Counted from the first letter of the stretch, positions 1 through 8,602 are shown. The stretch is DNA of 28,237 bases from Chloroflexota bacterium (GCA_027623195.1 JAQBUT010000031.1:1-28237); one strand, 5' to 3'. Notes: generated by a model not told the origin, from the sequence alone. Numbers and translations are program-made.

Positions 1-126
1 GAGACGCGCGACGCCCTCCTGGCCGTCTCCGGCCGTGATCACTTCGAATCCGGCCTCTGTAAGCCATTCGCTTATGAGGTTCCGGAGTTGTCTCTCATCA
101 TCAACTACAAGAATTCTCGTCGCCAT
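1..126 (-). CDS. Response regulator receiver domain, N-terminal part (continues beyond the window edge)
   Basis: Manual translation from ATG at 126: MATRILVVDDERQLRNLISEWLTEAGFEVITAGDGQEGVARL, a typical REC N-terminus (ILVVDD). Not in the ORF track because it is cut by the window. Confidence 0.85.
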   Translation of the reverse strand, partial: MATRILVVDDERQLRNLISEWLTEAGFEVITAGDGQEGVARL

Positions 127-157
127 ATTTATCGTGCCTCGACTGCCTGGTATATCT

Positions 158-799
158 TTAAATTATGCGAGTCTGATCCAGGTAGGCCTTTACTGCCGCC
201 ACTCGCGTATCAACCCGACTATCCAGCTTAATTCCCATTGCCTCGCAAATAACTACGAGCTCTAGGGAAATGTCTGACTCTACCATATCCATTTCCTGCG
301 CAATGGCCATGTCCGACATGCCGTGAGCCACTCTCTCTAGTAGCTGCAGTTGGTCTACCGTAAGCCGAATCAGCGGAGTGTTCATCCTGGGGTCGAGTAA
401 TTCCGTTATCTGAGGGTCGATAACCAGCATTCCCCATGATGCCCCTCTGATTGCCCTGGCAACGGAATCGATGTCCCGTACGTTGCGCTTCAGGAGGTAC
501 GACCATCCGCCGGAGTTCACGATGAACTGCTTGCTGACATGGCTGGAAAGGACAACAATGCCGGTATTCGGCCGCGCAAACTTGATTGCGAAGCCAGCCT
601 CTATTCCGGAAATGCCTTTACCCAGTTCGATGTCCATCAGGACGACTTCTGGTTGAAGTTCTTCAGCCAGGCCTATGGCGTCCTCACCTGTGCTTGCCTC
701 CGCGACCACTTCTATCTCAGGGTCCCTCGAAAGCTGGCTCTGTATCAGATGGCGAAACAGAGGCTCGTCCTCAACTATGATTGTTCTGGTCGCGCTCAC
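158..799 (-). CDS. NarL/LuxR-family response regulator
   Basis: REC motifs IIVEDE, VVLMDI (phospho-acceptor Asp) and YLLK. The C-terminal LuxR-like region LTVDQLQLLERVAHGMSDMAIAQEM is divergent. Confidence 0.85.
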   Translation of the reverse strand: MSATRTIIVEDEPLFRHLIQSQLSRDPEIEVVAEASTGEDAIGLAEELQPEVVLMDIELGKGISGIEAGFAIKFARPNTGIVVLSSHVSKQFIVNSGGWSYLLKRNVRDIDSVARAIRGASWGMLVIDPQITELLDPRMNTPLIRLTVDQLQLLERVAHGMSDMAIAQEMDMVESDISLELVVICEAMGIKLDSRVDTRVAAVKAYLDQTRII

Positions 800-1105
800 C
801 CTGTTCTCCGTCCTTACACCTTGATTTATCAGCTAAACAGTGTCTTTGACTGTAAAACCAGTACGGGCCTACATTTCTATAATCAGGGGAAATCATTGTC
901 ATAACTGGGAATTAAATTTGCCGTCTGATCCAACCCGTCTCCCCAATCAGGCTAGACGAGGCGCCTCGACGCCAGGTTTTTGCATTTCGAGTAAATGTTT
1001 ACCTGTTAAGTAACCCGAAGGGCACTGGGATGACACAAAATCCAGGCCGATTCAGGAAATTCGTGCCAGCTATCCGCAGGCATAACCCCGTTATTAGGAT
1101 CGAGA

Positions 1106-3493
1106 ATGCGCTCAACTATATTCGGCTGGGACGCCGGATCCGAAAATTTGGTTGCCGGTTACGACCTCATCGTGAAGCTCAGGAACGATAGAGGCGCAGA
1201 CGCAGACCAGTCTAATCTGCGAGAGTTGGCCGCCACGGCGCTGGTAGCCAAAGGCAACAGCCTTGCAGGGGCAGGCCACCACCAGGAGGCTATGAAGGCC
1301 TTCGAGGAGGTGCTCGGCAAGTTTGGGGACGTGCAAGAGCTAGCGATCAGAAAACAGTTGGCGTACTCCATGACATCCAAGGGGCGGCTCCTCGAACTCT
1401 TGGGTGATAAGCAACAGGCAGCCACAGTTTTCGAGGACGTTATCGCGCGTTTTGGTGATGATGAGGCCCTGGTCTTGCAGGAAGCAGTGGCAACATCCCT
1501 CCTGGCGAAGGGCAGTGCCCTCGCTGTTGAAGGCCTAGATGTCGAGGCTATAGCCGTATTCGACGAGATTCTTCGGCGTTACGGCGAGTCGGACACCCTG
1601 GGATTAAGAGAGCAGGTTGCTGGTGCTCTGCTGGCTAAAGGTAACCGGCTGGGTAGCCTGGGCCAAGATGACGCCGCGCTTGATTCTTATCGGCATCTGG
1701 TGGATCGCTTCGGTGATTGCAGTACGCAGGTCTTACAAGAACGAGTTGCAGGCGCCCTGGTGAATATGGGATTTCGCTTCGGCCTTATGGGTAAATCTAG
1801 TGAAGCAATAGCCGCATACGATCAGGTTCTGGAACGGTTCGGCGATTCCGGGGATGCCCCCATGAGGTTATATGTGGCCAACGCCCTGGTAAACAAGGGC
1901 AATCGCCTTGGGGCCATGGGGCAAGCTACTGAAGCCATAAGTGTTTACGACGATGTGCTGGCAAGATACATTGAATCGGATGACCTTTCGTTGATGGAGC
2001 GTAACGCCAGTGCGATGGTCGCCAAAGGGCATCGCCTGGGAGACCTGGAAAGGCATGAAGAGGCCCTCAATGCATACGATGAGGTCGTCCGGCGATACGG
2101 CAAGTCCGACGCCTCGGCGCTCAGGGACCGCGTTGCCAATGCTCTGGTGAGCAAGTCGTATCGTCTCCGACAACTTGGTGCGCTCTCCGAGGCCGTAGAG
2201 GTTTGTGACGAGGTTTTAGAATTGCTGGGGCAGTCATCGGAGGAGGACCCGAGCGAGGATTTGGCCAACGCTCTTCTCAACAAGGCTGAGGCGCTGGCAG
2301 ACCTTGGCAGGTCCGAAGAGGCCCTACGGCTGTACGATGAGGTCACGTCTCGCCTCCGGGATTCTCAGCATCTTTACCTGCAACAGGCATCGGCGAACGC
2401 CATGGTTTCCAAGGGCAACCGTCTTGTGGAACTTCGGCGTCAGAACGAAGCCATAACGGCATACGACGAAGCCTTGGACGCGTTTTCAAGTTCCAATGAT
2501 CCCTTAATCGTCACCTGCATGGCCAGCGCGATGATATCTAAGGGAAATCGCCTTAGCGATATGGGCAGCACGGACGAGGCGATTGAGGTGTTTGACAAGG
2601 TGACGTTGCTGGTGGATGGCACGCTGTACGAATCGCTTAGGGAGGGCGTATCAAGCCTTCTGTTGGTCAAAGGATTGCGGGTAGGGAGCCAGGGCAAGCT
2701 TGAAGAAGAGTTAGCTGTCTATGACGATGCCGTAGCTAGATTCGGAGATATGGAAAGCCCTGCGATGCGTGAAGACGTGGTGAACGCGCTTCTTATAAAG
2801 GGTTACAGACTCGCGAATATTGGCCGCCACCAGGAGGCGATTGTAGCCTATGAAGAGGCTATTAGCCGATTGGGAGACGAGGAATCCCCCATTATGCAGG
2901 GGCTCGCGATAGTGGTGCTGATGGCTAAATCCAACAGCCTGGCCGCAGACGGCAACCCGGTGGAGGCTGTAGCCTGCCTCTCGGAAGTCGCCAGACGATA
3001 CAGCAACACGCAAGGGATAGAGTTACAAGAAGGGGTAGCTGGCTCCCTGCTGGCTAAGGGCGGTATTCTCAAGTCCTCTGGCGATGTGGAGGGGGCCATT
3101 TCGGCGTTTGATGAGATTGTGGCAACCTTTGGCTCAAACAACCTTCCAGGGTTTAAGAAATTGGTGGCGAAGGCAATCATAGCCAAGGCGCAGGTGCTCA
3201 GTGAACTGGGCAGGTCTGATGAGGCAACAGTAGCCCTGGATGATGTGGTGAGACGATTCGGTGGGGACGAAAATGCCAGACCAGTCGCCACATTTAGAGA
3301 TTTCTCTGCCAATGCCGGAGTTGAAGGTCAGGATAGCGGCGTAACAGGGACAACCCTTTCAGACGTAATCAAAGATGCGGTCAGCAATTTCGCCGAGGAG
3401 AACGCCGCCGGCGATATCGGCGCGGCAGGAGCCACAAAAGTCCTGGATAAGGTGCTGCGGGGAATAAAAAATAACCTGTACGAGAGCGTCTAG
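1106..3493 (+). CDS. TPR-like repeat protein (16 x ~43-aa repeats)
   Basis: Recurrent unit A-x-A-L-V-x-K-G-x-R-L-x3-G-x3-E-A-I-x2-Y-D-E-V-x2-R-F-G-D throughout the 795-aa ORF. Confidence 0.85.
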   Translation: MRSTIFGWDAGSENLVAGYDLIVKLRNDRGADADQSNLRELAATALVAKGNSLAGAGHHQEAMKAFEEVLGKFGDVQELAIRKQLAYSMTSKGRLLELLGDKQQAATVFEDVIARFGDDEALVLQEAVATSLLAKGSALAVEGLDVEAIAVFDEILRRYGESDTLGLREQVAGALLAKGNRLGSLGQDDAALDSYRHLVDRFGDCSTQVLQERVAGALVNMGFRFGLMGKSSEAIAAYDQVLERFGDSGDAPMRLYVANALVNKGNRLGAMGQATEAISVYDDVLARYIESDDLSLMERNASAMVAKGHRLGDLERHEEALNAYDEVVRRYGKSDASALRDRVANALVSKSYRLRQLGALSEAVEVCDEVLELLGQSSEEDPSEDLANALLNKAEALADLGRSEEALRLYDEVTSRLRDSQHLYLQQASANAMVSKGNRLVELRRQNEAITAYDEALDAFSSSNDPLIVTCMASAMISKGNRLSDMGSTDEAIEVFDKVTLLVDGTLYESLREGVSSLLLVKGLRVGSQGKLEEELAVYDDAVARFGDMESPAMREDVVNALLIKGYRLANIGRHQEAIVAYEEAISRLGDEESPIMQGLAIVVLMAKSNSLAADGNPVEAVACLSEVARRYSNTQGIELQEGVAGSLLAKGGILKSSGDVEGAISAFDEIVATFGSNNLPGFKKLVAKAIIAKAQVLSELGRSDEATVALDDVVRRFGGDENARPVATFRDFSANAGVEGQDSGVTGTTLSDVIKDAVSNFAEENAAGDIGAAGATKVLDKVLRGIKNNLYESV

Positions 3494-3553
3494 CTGGCCC
3501 GAAGCTGCCTGTATGGGGTCTCGAGGGTGTGGCAAAGTTCAAGAGATAGACTC

Positions 3554-4174
3554 TTACTCTTCTGCTCCGCCTTCCACGAATGCGCTGGATTCCGAAGTTG
3601 CCATCCACTCGGAAGTCGCTTTTAGCTGATCAACGTCGTTTAGAATACGCTGAATCTTGAGCTCCTCAATCGCGTCTTGCTGTAGAGACTCTATGCGCTT
3701 GAGAACGATCTTTATCTCGTCGATTGCGTGCCTTTTCAGGTCCGCAATCTCGCCTTGGGCCCGCACAATAGCCGATTCCACTATGCCCTGCACTCGCTCT
3801 GTTACCTCGGAGTAGATTTGATCCCGCTGTTGTCCTAGCTGGGCTCGAATCTCGCGGGCCTCCGCCAGTTCCTCTGACATTTGGCGCTGTGTTTCCCAGG
3901 CGTCTGTGTGCTCCATACTTGACTTGACTGTAGTCTCTGACTCCACCAATTCAACGGCTTCGGCGTCTGGTTCAGGGCTGAGGTAAGACTCGGGGTCGGA
4001 AATTTCCCTAGGAGGCGCGATTTCTTGCTCGGCAGGGCTCTTCGTACTGGGTACCGAGTTGTGTAGCCCAAAACGGCTCCACAGCTCCTCTACGCGGCCC
4101 TCCATGGCGTCGCCGGGCGAGGATGCGTGGCCTGCTCCATCGAGCATCAGTTTCCTCCTTGCAAAATCCACCAT
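3554..4174 (-). CDS. Hypothetical protein with acidic linker and C-terminal coiled coil
   Basis: 206-aa ORF filling the gap between the TPR gene and the arlI terminator. It has a Pro/Glu/Ser-rich middle and a helical heptad-like C-terminal half (ELAEAREIRAQLGQQRDQIY...). Confidence 0.65.
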   Translation of the reverse strand: MVDFARRKLMLDGAGHASSPGDAMEGRVEELWSRFGLHNSVPSTKSPAEQEIAPPREISDPESYLSPEPDAEAVELVESETTVKSSMEHTDAWETQRQMSEELAEAREIRAQLGQQRDQIYSEVTERVQGIVESAIVRAQGEIADLKRHAIDEIKIVLKRIESLQQDAIEELKIQRILNDVDQLKATSEWMATSESSAFVEGGAEE

Positions 4175-4297
4175 GCCGCATCCAACCTGGGTAGCAGCGT
4201 TCTACCTGAAAAGTAACCCGGCTCCCCCTGGCCCAAAACATATATGCCAGACTTCGGTGCGTTTTTTTGCACTGGAGGTTATAGGGATTCAACGCAG

Positions 4298-4333
4298 AAA
4301 AAAATAAGGGGGTGGAATATCTCATCCACCCCC
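4298..4333 (-). terminator. Intrinsic terminator after the arlI fragment
   Basis: Stem GGGGGTGGA (4308-4316) / TCCACCCCC (4325-4333). The A-tract at 4298-4304 gives a U-tract on the minus strand. Confidence 0.75.
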
Positions 4334-4343
4334 GCTTTTCGAT

Positions 4344-5048
4344 TTAGAAGATGCCGTCCTTTTGGGCTTTGGCGATTACTTTGTAGAATTGCTGGTAATC
4401 GGTTATGCCTTTTTCGGCCAGTTTCTCAAGTATCCTCGCGCGTTTTTTGATAAGCGCATAGATTTGACGCTTTTTGGTGGGAGGGATGCCTCTTCGAGGC
4501 GCGATCTTGTACTCCAACAGGAAGCTGTTGTTTTCGCCCACGAACTCAAACACGTCTTTTACGGGGTCCCACTTGAAAACGTCGGCGAACGAGAATGCGT
4601 CAGCAACCGAGTCGTAGCTGATGATCTCTGAAATGCTTGTGGCGCGCCTTCCTGGTCTTCCATCTGGCAGCTTGACGCCTTCCTGAATGACGACCAGGTT
4701 GAGGTTATCAACGTAGGTCTTCGGCACACTGATGGGGCTACCCGTCAGCCTCTGGATCAGTTTTTGTACTGACGACGCGTGGAAGGTCGCCATAACAGAG
4801 TGACCGGTCTGCATCGCCTGGAAGGCAATCAAACCCTCCTCGCCACGAATCTCACCGATGATTATCTCGTCCGGCCTTTGACGGAGGGCTGCCTTTAGCA
4901 GGTCGAACATTCCTACGCCCGAACCTTCCTCTCCGGGTTTCGTCTGGCGTGTGACCTCTCTTATCCAGTTTGGATGCGGAACCTGCACCTCAGCGGTGTC
5001 CTCGATGCTTACGATCTTGGCGTCTGGATTAATGAACACAGTCATGGC
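4344..5048 (-). pseudogene. flaI: Archaellum motor ATPase ArlI/FlaI-type, 3' portion only (N-terminal domain and Walker A missing here)
   Basis: Contains KIVSIEDTAE (Asp box), MFDLLKAALRQRPDEIIIGEIRG (Walker B), AFQAMQTGHSVMATFHA (His box), LIQRLTG.PI.VPK, and the archaeal-type tail VFKWDPVKDVFEFVGENNSFLLEYKIA. Similarity begins at AMTVFINPD, just after where GxxGKTT should be. Confidence 0.8.
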
Positions 5049-5253
5049 TGTTGTTCTTCTTAGCGCCGTCCACGACTTCGTGCTGGGCCCTCGGGTGTCA
5101 GACCGCCTGGCCGCTTTGCGAGAGGACGGGGCGCCCCCTGCGGCCTTGCAAAGCGCTCGACGCTGGCTAATATGGGTTGCTCGCATCAACGTGCTAATGG
5201 TGCTTATTGTCGTGGCCCTTGCCATAATGCTAACCAGAGGTTCGCCATTCTAA
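5041..5253 (+). pseudogene. C-terminal fragment of a CopD/DUF4149-like membrane protein
   Basis: VMAVVLLSAVHDFVLGPR...RRWLIWVARINVLMVLIVVALAIML has two hydrophobic helices and an HDFxLGP motif typical of such C-termini. Upstream of 5041 the frame is only antisense of the ATPase. Confidence 0.6.
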
Positions 5254-5323
5254 AACAGGCTGGTCGCAACCGGGACTGTTTTGCAGGCCCGGGTTACTTC
5301 CGTAATCCTCAGGAGACTTTTCG

Positions 5324-5839
5324 ATGAACTTTGAACCGGAGCAAGTACTTCAGACACTGCCGGTCTTTACCACCAGCACCCAGGTAACAGAATGGAAAGG
5401 CCTTCGGGTATGTGGGCTTGTAGCGAATTCGTTAACACTGGACCTGGATAGGCTGTCAGACCTTCCGCAGGAGTCGCTGGTGGAGGACTTCCACTGCACT
5501 CACGGGTGGGTGGTTCCTGAACTCCTTTGGGAAGGCGTGCAGTTGAAGACGATACTGGAAATGGCAGGCCCCCTGCCCGAATCCAGCTACGTAAGCGTGA
5601 CGGCGGGCGATTACCAGATGGGTTTCTCACTATACGACGTGTTTTCCACCAAAATCCTGGTGGCCTTGAAGCTAAATGGCGAGACGCTAACCCCTGAGCA
5701 CGGCTTCCCCTGCCGCCTGATAGCCTCGGGTAAGCTATGCCACTATAGCGTGAAATGGATAGAAACCATCGAAATCACAGACGGGCCGCCGGAGGACACC
5801 GGGGTGGCCATTGCGGAAAGCGGAGACGGTCAGGCCTGA
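5324..5839 (+). CDS. Molybdopterin-dependent oxidoreductase, sulfite-oxidase/MsrP-like Moco-binding domain
   Basis: Motifs DFHCTHGW (candidate Mo-ligand Cys), WEGVQL, LNGETLTPEHGFPCRL, SVKWIETIE. RBS AGGAG upstream. Confidence 0.85.
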   Translation: MNFEPEQVLQTLPVFTTSTQVTEWKGLRVCGLVANSLTLDLDRLSDLPQESLVEDFHCTHGWVVPELLWEGVQLKTILEMAGPLPESSYVSVTAGDYQMGFSLYDVFSTKILVALKLNGETLTPEHGFPCRLIASGKLCHYSVKWIETIEITDGPPEDTGVAIAESGDGQA

Positions 5840-5844
5840 TCACC

Positions 5845-5873
5845 TCGACTTGAGGGCGCGGCCTCGGTATAAT
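5845..5873 (+). promoter_or_regulatory. Sigma70-type promoter for the MOSC gene
   Basis: TCGACT (5845-5850), 17-bp spacer, TATAAT (5868-5873). Confidence 0.55.
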
Positions 5874-5954
5874 TTGCGGAAACGCCAGGCTGGGTTGATA
5901 TTTGCTGGGACAGCCCCGCTCCCTAGGCGTAATTCTGCGATAAGAGGTGCCCCC

Positions 5955-6512
5955 ATGGTCGTTGCCAAAAACATGACGCTGGAAGACCTGCAAGCTGGGT
6001 TGGACGATATAAAGCTGTCACCCAAGGATGCAGGCGCAGTCCAGATGATCGTTCGCAGACCAAGCACCGAGGAGCGCGAGTCCCTGGAAGAGGGGCAGTT
6101 GAGCCTGGTTGAAGGTCTCGTCGGAGACAACTGGGGCACACGGGGCAGCTCCCGTACCGCCGACGGCAGCTCGCACCCCGACATGCAGCTCACCATCATG
6201 AACACTCGTGTCATCGACCTTATCGCCCAGGGCAAAGAGCGCTGGCATCTCGCCGGAGACCAGCTTTTCGTCGATATGGACCTGAGCGTCGAGAACATGC
6301 CCCCGGGTACTCGCATCTCATTGGGCACTGCAGTCATTGAGGCCACCGACCAGCCTCACACCGGCTGCAAGAAGTTCGTGGCCCGCTTCGGTGTAGATGC
6401 CCTGAAATTCTTGAACTCGGACATTGGCAAAGAGTTGCAGTTTCGAGGGATCAACGCCAAGGTAGTAGAGCCTGGCATCGTTCATGTGGGAGACGCGGCC
6501 CGCAAGGTCTGA
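5955..6512 (+). CDS. MOSC domain-containing protein
   Basis: Motifs GLVGDNW, LAGDQLFVD, PHTGCKKF, RGINAKVVEPG. Start moved to ATG 5955 (RBS AGAGGTG, downstream of the promoter). Confidence 0.85.
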   Translation: MVVAKNMTLEDLQAGLDDIKLSPKDAGAVQMIVRRPSTEERESLEEGQLSLVEGLVGDNWGTRGSSRTADGSSHPDMQLTIMNTRVIDLIAQGKERWHLAGDQLFVDMDLSVENMPPGTRISLGTAVIEATDQPHTGCKKFVARFGVDALKFLNSDIGKELQFRGINAKVVEPGIVHVGDAARKV

Positions 6513-6597
6513 ATTTCAGAGATAGCCATGGGATACAGGTCTCGTGAAAATACTAGATAGAACCGGAACATACTTTTAAAGAGGATATTCAAGAATA

Positions 6598-6981
6598 ATG
6601 TTCAAAATGCATCACATTCATCTGAAGGCGCCTGATCCTCAGAAGACGGCCCAGTGGTATGTGGATAATTTCGACGCCACCGTAAAGGGGGAGGCCCAGG
6701 GCTTGGGCGGCTCCAAGACGATCCGCATCGACGTAGGCGGAGGCCTCATAAATGTCACCAGCGCCCCTGCGGGCGAGACTCTGCCGGAGGGCACCGCCGA
6801 TTACCATTTCGGCCTTGAGCACTTTGGCTTCGAAACCGACGATATCGAGGCCTCCATGGCTAGCCTTGAGGCGTCGGGCGTCGAAGTATTGTTGCCCATC
6901 ACCAACAGCGCCACGGGAGCCAAAATTTCCTACGTCAAGGGTCCCGACAACGTTCGTATAGAGTTGGTACAACCGGCGTAG
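6598..6981 (+). CDS. VOC/glyoxalase family protein
   Basis: Motifs HHIHL, GLEHFGF, GPDNVRIELVQ. RBS GAGGA. Confidence 0.9.
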   Translation: MFKMHHIHLKAPDPQKTAQWYVDNFDATVKGEAQGLGGSKTIRIDVGGGLINVTSAPAGETLPEGTADYHFGLEHFGFETDDIEASMASLEASGVEVLLPITNSATGAKISYVKGPDNVRIELVQPA

Positions 6982-6983
6982 TT

Positions 6984-7421
6984 ATGCCATCCACTTCAGA
7001 CGGTTCCGTAACACAGTACGCCGGTCCCCTACCCCAGCCAACGCCGGAGACGCAGCCCTTTTTCGATGGCTTGAAAGAGCGCCGACTAATGGTCCAGCGG
7101 TGTGAGGCTTGCGGGCAGGCGTACTACTACCCTCGCCCCATCTGCCCTCACTGCATGTCGGATTACGTCCACTGGTTTCAGGCGTCCGGCAAGGGCCGGG
7201 TGTACTCGTTTGTCATAAGCCACCGCAGCCGTCCGGGCTTCGAAGCGCCTTACGTCATTGCGGTTGTGGAATTGGACGAAGGGCCGCGTATGATGACCAA
7301 CCTGATTGGCATCGAACCAGACCCCGAAGTTTTGCGTTGCGACATGCCGGTTGAGATTGTTTATGACGAAGTTACCTTAGAGGTAACTCTGCCCAAGTTC
7401 AGGCCAGTGGAACAGGCCTGA
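6984..7421 (+). CDS. Zn-ribbon OB-fold protein (DUF35/ChsH2-like)
   Basis: Motifs QRCEACG...YPRPICPHC, SGKGRVYSF, PYVIAVVELDEGPRMMTN. Stop overlaps the thiolase start (TGATG). Confidence 0.9.
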   Translation: MPSTSDGSVTQYAGPLPQPTPETQPFFDGLKERRLMVQRCEACGQAYYYPRPICPHCMSDYVHWFQASGKGRVYSFVISHRSRPGFEAPYVIAVVELDEGPRMMTNLIGIEPDPEVLRCDMPVEIVYDEVTLEVTLPKFRPVEQA

Positions 7422-8602
7422 TGCCGCCCGCGAACCCTAGACGAGACTTGCGCGGAAGCGTAGCCATCGTGGGAGCCTCCGAGTCCAACCGGATTGGCGT
7501 TCGCCCGGACGCATCTGCGCTGACTTTACACGCCGAAGCCGCCAAGAACGCCTTGGCCGATGCAGGACTTGGCATTAAGGACGTGGACGGCCTGTTTACG
7601 GCAGGCGTAACCAGCGTTCAGTTGGGCGAGTATCTTGGAATAGTTCCTCGATACACCGACGGCACCAGCGTTGGCGGCTGCTCATTTATCATCCAGGTCG
7701 AGCACGCGATGCTAGCCCTTGCCGCAGGGATTATAAACGTTGCGCTGATTACCCACGGCGAGAGTGGCAGGTCGCGTATCGGGGGCATCGGCGCGGGGCA
7801 TCGAGGCATCCCGCCCGATTCTCCTCAAGGCCAGTTCGAGGCGCCTTTCGGGACGATGGGCCCGCCGACCTTGTTCTCCCTACCGGCCACGCGACATATG
7901 CACCAGTACGGCACCACGCAGGAGCAGATGGCCCAGGTGGCCGTTTCCACCCGGCAGTGGGCGGCTATGCACCCCATGGCCATGATGAAAGAGCCTATCA
8001 CTGTCGAAGACGTGCTGGCATCGCGTCCCGTTTGCTGGCCATACACATTGTTCATGTGCTGCCTGGTGACGGATGCCGGAGGCGCTATCGTCATGACCAG
8101 GGCCGATATGGCCAGGGGCCTTCAGAGGCCTCCCGTGTACGTTCTGGGCACTGGCGAGGGTACGGAGCACAACATGGTCAGTATGATGGCCGACATGACC
8201 ACGTCTCGGGCCGCCAAGGTCTCCGGCAAGGCTGCGTTCGAAATGGCGGGGGTTTCTCAGGGCGATATCGATGTCGCAGAACTGTATGACGCCTTTGCCT
8301 TTACGCCCATGCTGGCTCTGGAGGACCTGGGCTTTGTCCAGCCGGGCGAGAGTGGGGCCTTTGTAGCCGATGGACGCACCGCCCCGGGGGGTGAGTTTCC
8401 CATGAACACCAACGGCGGCGGACTTTCGTACACACATTCCGGCATGTACGGCATGTTCACCCTCATCGAGTTGACGCGGCAACTTCGTGGCGAGGCTGGT
8501 GAGCGCCAAGTGCCGAATGCCAACGTTGGCATAGCCCACGGCCCTGGTGGCATGTTCGCCGCTGCGGGCACGCTTATTGCCGGCAACGCTAACTCCTTGT
8601 AG
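7421..8602 (+). CDS. Thiolase-superfamily protein (SCP-x/Ltp2-like, DUF35-associated)
   Basis: Motifs VAIVGASES, CCLVTDAGGA, ELYDAF, NTNGGGLSYTH, QLRGEAGERQV. Confidence 0.9.
   Translation: MPPANPRRDLRGSVAIVGASESNRIGVRPDASALTLHAEAAKNALADAGLGIKDVDGLFTAGVTSVQLGEYLGIVPRYTDGTSVGGCSFIIQVEHAMLALAAGIINVALITHGESGRSRIGGIGAGHRGIPPDSPQGQFEAPFGTMGPPTLFSLPATRHMHQYGTTQEQMAQVAVSTRQWAAMHPMAMMKEPITVEDVLASRPVCWPYTLFMCCLVTDAGGAIVMTRADMARGLQRPPVYVLGTGEGTEHNMVSMMADMTTSRAAKVSGKAAFEMAGVSQGDIDVAELYDAFAFTPMLALEDLGFVQPGESGAFVADGRTAPGGEFPMNTNGGGLSYTHSGMYGMFTLIELTRQLRGEAGERQVPNANVGIAHGPGGMFAAAGTLIAGNANSL

Noticed and set aside
4344..5225. 293-aa ORF taken as one full-length secretion ATPase
   Set aside because: The first ~60 aa are the antisense of the plus-strand membrane-protein fragment and contain no Walker A.
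4951..5253. 100-aa ORF taken as an intact gene
   Set aside because: Its first ~30 codons are antisense of the ATPase; only the part after about 5041 looks like real protein.
5811..5954. N-terminal extension of the MOSC ORF
   Set aside because: It overlaps the upstream gene and contains the promoter; the RBS supports ATG 5955.
6660..6668. Perfect DnaA box (TGTGGATAA)
   Set aside because: Single copy inside the VOC coding sequence with no cluster, so it is not evidence for oriC.
7880..8539. 219-aa minus-strand ORF and similar nested ORFs across the window
   Set aside because: Antisense or alternate-frame shadows of well-supported genes in GC-rich coding DNA.
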